A stretch of 44,214 bases of DNA from Octopus bimaculoides (taxonomy: Eukaryota), in the NCBI RefSeq assembly GCF_001194135.2, contig NC_068981.1:116322254-116366467 (forward strand). The letters are read 5' to 3'. Below are positions 37,700-44,214 of the stretch, piece after piece (the first letter of the stretch is position 1; the number at the start of each line of letters is the position of its first letter). The notes below the pieces were generated by a model. It had not been told where the DNA came from and searched no databases. It saw only the letters and a program-made list of their open reading frames with translations. A program made the position numbers and the translations under genes.

Positions 37700-38900
37700 A
37701 CTATGACTAGAATATGATGATAATTAGTTTGTGCTCAACATTGAAACCAATACAGTTATGGTCAAGATTATATCAAACAAGACTAGATACACCAGACGAC
37801 TTAGAATGTTTCCAACAATTCTACTTTATCTTGGACCGATATGTATTAAGGTTTGCATTTGACACTACTACAGTTGCTCTTATTTCTTCTATCTGTAGTA
37901 GCCACCGCCAAGGGTAAACACCACCTGTGGTTGCACAGTGAACGAGAGAGGCGGCCAAAGGAATTTCAATTTCTCCTTCGTAATTTATCTGAATTAAAGG
38001 AATAGCTGGGTCAGTAGTTTTTGGAAAATCGATGTTCTACCAGCAGGATTAAAATGAACTGGAAGTACCAATCTGCGTATCTAAAGTTTGTACTTAGATA
38101 CCGAGGAATACCCCAGCAAGAATTAAAACGTATGAACAATAGTTAATTTTTTTCTGTCTGCAAACATGGTGCAAGCCTATTGAAGTATGATGGCTGATAA
38201 ATCAATAGACTTATATATATTTGAATATATTTATGAGTCATTGATTTTTATGTGTTTGAATCTATCTTTAATTGATAGACACTGTTTAAGAATAAATAAG
38301 CATTTTCTCCAAGAGAGGTAGCTAAATACTCTCTCCCCGCCAAGAACCACTCCTTTAGTATAAAGACTTTCCGAATTAGAAAATGCCTGCTGTGTTTTGA
38401 TTAATGAAAGCTGAGGTCGCTTTCTCAGATTTGCTTCATTTCTCTGAAAGATGTTCAAATATTTCGACCATCGAAGTTCCTGAAAAACGTGAAAATGATG
38501 TAGAACATCCCTTGTGGCTTTGATCTGATTGAGTTTCGGTGTTATAGAAAGGGCTTTTGAAAGTGTTTGCTGTTCGTCTTGGGGAAGTTTTCTTCCTAAG
38601 TTTGGAATTCGGATTTTGAAGTATATGTATTTCTCATCCAATAATTATTTGTATACTTCTCTTTGATAAGGTCCTCGCAAAACAAAATTTCAGAGATGAT
38701 ATCATATATTCCAAATGCAGATAGAATAGAATTTAACGAGTAAAAGATGAAGAAAATCAGTATTGAGAATGTGTTATGTGACCGTCTCATATTTAGTTTT
38801 CAGAATGACAAACAGCTGAATCAGCTTGAAGAGATATTCATCTATTTCAGAAACTTGTATGCTCTGAATTTGATGTTTGCTTTTTGTTATGTTTCAAGCT
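37700..38900 (-). mobile_element. Penelope-like element remnant (N-terminal region, possible GIY-YIG relic)
   Basis: ORF 38231..38641 IPNLGRKLPQDEQQTLSKALSITPK...FHVFQELRWSKY resembles the PLE NLSxRxLxxxExxxLSKGLxFxPTP...RxLRxKExF N-terminus; weaker FADRKKLTIV and CSSVKCK...VVWCI*SC downstream. Confidence 0.5.
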
Positions 38901-39203
38901 ACTGCTATCTAGCACCTTCGGATGGTCTCTACTCAACCCTAGTCAACAGTCACTCAACCTCTCTACCACGGCTAGACTACCTCTATTTATATGTCTTGGG
39001 CGATCCTAATTCTTCGGTTGGAGGCGTCGACACAACACTTTTGTCTTAACATTATCAGGTGTTTGTTTCTTCTTTCTTTTGAAACATGAATTTCATTCAA
39101 AGAGTATTCATAAAAAGTAAATGTTGGCTACTATGAAAAATAAATAAATAAATAAACAGCTGGAATTTTGTAGACAGAAACTTTGCGGAGATACGTTGTC
39201 TAT

Positions 39204-39205
39204 AG

Positions 39206-39277
<72 letters not shown>

Positions 39278-39286
39278 CTATCTATA

Positions 39287-39328
<42 letters not shown>

Positions 39329-39375
39329 CTTATCTGTCTGTCTTTCTGTCTGTTTGTATGTATGTCTGTCTCCCT
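39204..39375. repeat. (TCTA)n/(TCTG)n microsatellite
   Basis: Read directly from the sequence. Confidence 0.97.
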
Positions 39376-41744
39376 GTTTCTCTGTCTACCTATATATTAA
39401 ATGCACAGATGAACGAAAAACAAACAAAGAAGGTCACCAACTCCTCATCAGTTATCGGCCAGGGATTTGGGCACAATTTCGTGCCATTATCGATAATATT
39501 GCTACAACTCTGGAAGCAACCAGCAAGAGAGCTGCTGGGAATGCGACCAAACATAACAAAACAAAATGAAACGAACAAACAAGTATGAAGAAGAAATATG
39601 GTATTGTCTGCGCATTTAGTGTATGTCTTTCAACTTGACCTTCTGCGTCTCATTTTCCGTTCGGTTGTTTATTATGCACACACACACATACACATGTATG
39701 TATGTATGTATGTATGTATGTATGTATGTATGTATGTATGTATATTCGCGGTCCATTTTATTGCTGCAATAGAAAGAAGATCGTAAACAAATGAATCGAT
39801 GATTTGTGAACATTTATCATATGATATAATATTCTACTAACAGCGATTTTTATTCTCTTTTTTTTTTCATCCTGTGCTCTCTGTCTCTCACATACACCCA
39901 CATTCACGCGCACACATACATTATTCTTGCTATTTAATGTTTCTAGTATTTGATAATTTTGTAAACCTACGATAAAGTCCAAGTATCCTTTCCTGGTTCA
40001 TAATATTCTGTAAGAAATCTTAAACAAAACTCCCTGAGTATTATTTGTTCAGTCGTTTTAGTCGATTCCTTGTGAATATCACCAATAAGTTGCAGTAAGC
40101 AAGTTATTTGTGCATTGGTAACCTAACAGTGAACGAAAATATTGTCGCCAATTGCGATATAGATGAATATAAATAAAATATAAGAATTCACATATGGCCT
40201 AATATACCATTGCATTTTAGAGGCCTGAAAACACTTTCATACCCTGTATATTACCTGACGAAAACGGAACACATAATTATGTTGAGATAAAACATTCGCT
40301 TGTATCTATCGGTGTAAGTGTTTAATTTCATTAATGTGATCCTTATTCATTGCATCAATTGACTGTTTCAATTACACAGGATATTATCTCTCCCTCCTTT
40401 TCTTTTGTTTTCAGAGAAGCAGTTCTTCCAGATGCTAGCTTTAGGGCTCAAGCGTCTAAAGAAAAGGAGAGAAAACCTCAAAAGATTTATCTTAATATTT
40501 TAACATTAGTATTTACAATGGAAGTTTGATTATGAGTAAAGCAAAAACAGATTTATAAAACCCTCCAAAAATGATAACATATCAATAATATAAAAAGTTA
40601 AAAAATTATAGTAATATAATTATATAAGTCATAAGTATTTCCATATGAAGCTGTAATACTCTGATTTATTTTACGCATACATTCTATTTTTATTTCTATT
40701 TTATTTCAACTGAATTCTTTTTCTCTCTCGCTATTTCGTTTTCGTAATCGTCCTTATTTTTCATCTATTTCTAATTCCATTTTTAATTCTTTCAATACCA
40801 TGACGTTAATTACTCTTCACAGTTTTTCCGTGTCTTCTAAATCTCATTATATTCCCAGTATTCGTCCCGACAAGAGGGTCCTGTGTTTTACGTCTCATAT
40901 GGTTACAATATTTATGCAATTTAATTTAAGCATTTTTGACAAGAAACATTATCATCATCCTTTCCCTCTTCCTCATCATCATTTCTTATTTTGTTTGAAT
41001 ATGACGTGCTTTGTTTTGTTCTAATACATTGTACCTTTTGTGTTTTTTTTAGCAGGTGAGACTACGTAAAAAATATGTTTACGACGTGCACCATCTACAC
41101 AATACGGTGTAATAGGTCGTGGATTTCTTTCTCGTTGGAGGTAAAAGGAGGCTATATTTTTCACTTAAGAAAATTTACCTTCTACTAATAAAGCAGCAAC
41201 ATGGATACACAATTTATTCCCCCTCCCAACTAAAAACAAAACTCGAACGATAACGGACACGTTTTACGAACAGTAATCAGAAACGAAACAAAACAAGTTC
41301 AGTTTCTTGTCTGAGTAATTATGAATCACAAACAGCAGAATAATGGTTTTATGCCGAAGCTACAGCAACTTAGCAGCATGACCGACTATCATATCACCAA
41401 CATGTACGGCAATAACGCATACACACACGTTTTTGCCAAGTGAATGACTGGCTGGAGATTGACCTGAAGATGTTGGAATTCTCTTCAGCTTTCCCTCTTT
41501 CACTGTCACAAGCTCCAATAAGATACAGTTTTCTGATAGCGAAAACGTGTGCCGGTCTAAGCTATTTGAATAGTAAAGTGCATGACCGTGTCACTTGTCT
41601 TATCAGAAAGAGATAGAGAAGATTACAATCTCCATATCTAAGTGACAGAAACTTTCCACTTGACTACTAAAAGCAAGGACACAACATACGGACCTGAATG
41701 CAAAGTATTTAAAAGAAAAGTTGATACGAAGAAGCCAACAGAAC

Positions 41745-42180
41745 GAGCAGCAGCAGCAGCAGCAGTTTCAACAACGGGCACCACAACAATTACGATAACA
41801 ATACGCAGATGCAGTAGCCGCATGCCAAAGGTAGAAAACCGACAACAATCTGTCAAACTCCAGTACCGTCAGCGCAATAGGTCTTGTTGATGGCAATAAT
41901 AGAAACACCAGCGACAACAGCAGCAGCAACAACAACGACAACGACAGCAGCATCAACAACAAGTAAAAATGAAAAGCAAAATTGTGAGCGCTAATATCAC
42001 CAAAACACCACGACCACTGCAGCAGCCAACACCCCTATATTTATTTGTGATGACAACAACTATAACACAGCAGTGAAGGGTGACAAGGAAAGCAACACCA
42101 TTAGCAATACCACCTCAACAACAGCTAAGAGTGAAAAAGAACAATTCTACTATGACTAATACTACTACTAACTGTAACCA
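41745..42180. repeat. Degenerate (CAG)/(AAC)/(ACT) trinucleotide low-complexity region
   Basis: Read directly from the sequence. Confidence 0.75.
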
Positions 42181-42676
42181 CACAACCACTAGCTCTGTCA
42201 ACTTAACTCAGGTGCAGCATACTAAAAGGATTTACTGCTGTACTGATTACTGAATAACTAATATGTCTGATGGCTTGAAAACAGCGAGAAGCGATTACAA
42301 AAACATCTTCCATCAGTACTGTTTTAAATTGTAGCTATATAAAGATGGTTCAAATTTTAATGACAAGATCATTTTTTATAAATGTTTATATTATTTAAGC
42401 TTTTTCAGATATAAATTGTCATACATACATACATACATACATACCTTTATATATATATATATATATATAGTTAAAATTTATAGAAAAACAAACATGAAGA
42501 CTGGTGTAGGAACAACAAACAAGCGTATTAGTTTGGCGGCCGGGTAAAATGGAAAAGTCTTTTACGTTCGGAGCCTACGACCTTCGAGAGGAAGGAATAA
42601 GAGGAAACAAACAGAGAGAATGAAAAATAAACGAGTTGAGCTCATTGGTCCAACATGGCGATTATATATATATATG

Positions 42677-43019
42677 CAGGGTATTTCATAATGATGGAAC
42701 ACATTTTATTCGTAATAAACAAATTGTGAGTACTCGCCCATTACTAAGTGCACCATCATGGCTACCATCCAAACTTGCATCCGTTGTAGAACCATACTTC
42801 ACCATTGTAGTTTCCCTCATCGCAACACAGAGGCTATTCAAACATTTCCGGAAGCGTGACGCACCAACCTGTACGGTTATCAAGGTCTCAGTTCGTAACT
42901 TTCGTGTGACACGTTTCACAAACAAGAACCAGCAAACGTCCTGCATTGTAGTGAATATTGAATGCGTGGTGCGTGCCATTTTGGTAGTTAAATGAAACTG
43001 TATGATTATGAAATACCTA
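42677..43019 (-). mobile_element. Tc1/mariner-derived MITE retaining the transposase N-terminal helix-turn-helix
   Basis: Termini cagggtatttcataat / attatgaaatacc(ta); minus-strand MARTTHSIF...FVKR...ETLITVQ...FRKCLN...VKYGSTTDASLD...GR resembles the N-terminal HTH of Tc1/mariner transposases. Confidence 0.6.
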
Positions 43020-43189
43020 TGGTGCCTCAATTGCTCCAAGGAGATTAAGTTCACAGAATGAGGTTGAGCGAATGGTTTGTTAACAAGAGCAAACAGAAAA
43101 ATGATACTGTGCAACACCTAGTCGCATCTGTTGACACTCATTAGCATTTATTTCATTATATGAATAAAGAAAACTGTAAGATTGGAACC

Positions 43190-43253
43190 AAAATGGATCT
43201 CAATTGAAAATGGATCTCAATTGAAAATGGATCTCAAAATGGATCTCAATATG
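43190..43253. repeat. Short tandem repeat, core aaaatggatctc x4 (units of 17, 17, 12 and 18 bp)
   Basis: Read directly from the sequence. Confidence 0.9.
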
Positions 43254-43745
43254 AAAACCCATACATAGTGTTATGGTTACAATGTGCTGTGCGATGATTC
43301 CTGCTTGCGTGATTGATTCTTGTTTTCTTGAAGACGAACGCAGTGCAGTCGTCATAACTACAGCTGATCTACAGCCGTCATAACTACAGTTGAACAACAT
43401 GTTAATTACTTTTTTATACCTGAGTTGCAATAACTTTGTCTCACACAAATGTGCACGTAACAATATGGTACCACTTGTCATAGACGTGGTTTTGTGCAAC
43501 ACCGATTTCAGGATTCAAAGATAACCACTGACTGCTCAGATCTATCCCCACCGGTCATGACAGGAAGCGACAGAGTGTGTTCTCTTAAAAAGGATGACAT
43601 CTCAAGGGTGTAATGTTAAAATTTGAACAATTTTATGGACTCCTCCTGCCTTGGTTGTTTATTATATACTTTCATTAATAAATGTGTCGCACCATTTTTC
43701 GACATATACGTATATATAAAAAATATATATATATATATATATATA

Positions 43746-44047
43746 CAAAAGAGACCACTAGGTGGACTGTTAATGTGCTAGAAGAAGATCACATGTAATG
43801 CGTCTACTAACACCAAATTGTTCCGAAAGAAAAATTTAGCGAAGCAACAAAACATTTTCGAGCAACACAAGTGAAAATTACACAAATACATCGTATGTAT
43901 TTATCTTCTATGTAATTTTCACTTGTCTTGCCCGAAAATGTTTTGTTGCTTCGCTAAATTTTTCTTTGAGAACAATTTGGTGTTAGTAGACGCATTACAT
44001 GTGATCTTCTTCTAGCACATTAACAATCCACCTAGTGGTCTCTTTTG
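43746..44047. mobile_element. Young palindromic MITE/foldback, 302 bp, TA-flanked
   Basis: Arms 43746-43882 and 43911-44047 (137 bp each) are reverse complements with 5 mismatches; 28-bp spacer; TA on both sides. Confidence 0.92.
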
Positions 44048-44172
44048 TATATACATATACAGTAATCCTTTGAGATGTCAGATATTTTTTCTGAATCTCC
44101 TTGATTCTTTCAATGTGCTTGTTCCCTGGTATTAAATTGATATTAGTTAATATCCAATTTTTTACCCAACTG

Positions 44173-44214
<42 letters not shown>

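Noticed and set aside
42555-42595. Hammerhead-like motif on the minus strand (tcgaagg...ggctc-cgaac-gta)
   Set aside because: Three core mismatches, GAAA broken and stem II unpaired; too degenerate to support.
5-44214. Most ORFs in the supplied track as genes (IYLS, HT, CV, YI, ER, poly-I/L/T/V and X-runs)
   Set aside because: They are translations of microsatellites or N-gaps.

Overview
AT-rich, microsatellite-saturated metazoan scaffold segment with 13 N-gaps, nearly all flanked by simple repeats. The SINE, LINE and microsatellite make-up resembles an octopus or other coleoid cephalopod genome (inference, no database check). No intact host protein-coding gene can be supported, and most listed ORFs are translations of microsatellites or gaps. 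The window is mostly decayed mobile DNA: CR1-like, RTE/BovB-like and R4/Dong-like LINEs, Penelope-like (PLE) remnants, two tRNA-derived SINE families, a full-length mariner, a Tc1, an internally deleted mariner and several MITEs or foldback elements. The most notable items no ORF track shows are (1) a nearly canonical minimal type I hammerhead ribozyme at 14084-14128 (+) and a second variant hammerhead at 34762-34804 (-) near a possible PLE remnant, (2) a 302-bp almost perfect palindrome (43746-44047) and an older 449-bp foldback (7030-7478), (3) a cluster of retroelements strung along (AAT)n tracts (20.9-24.8 kb), and (4) several plus-strand YAG|GT splice-site fusions and candidate mini-exons suggesting the window may lie inside long introns. 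All family assignments come from motif recognition by eye.
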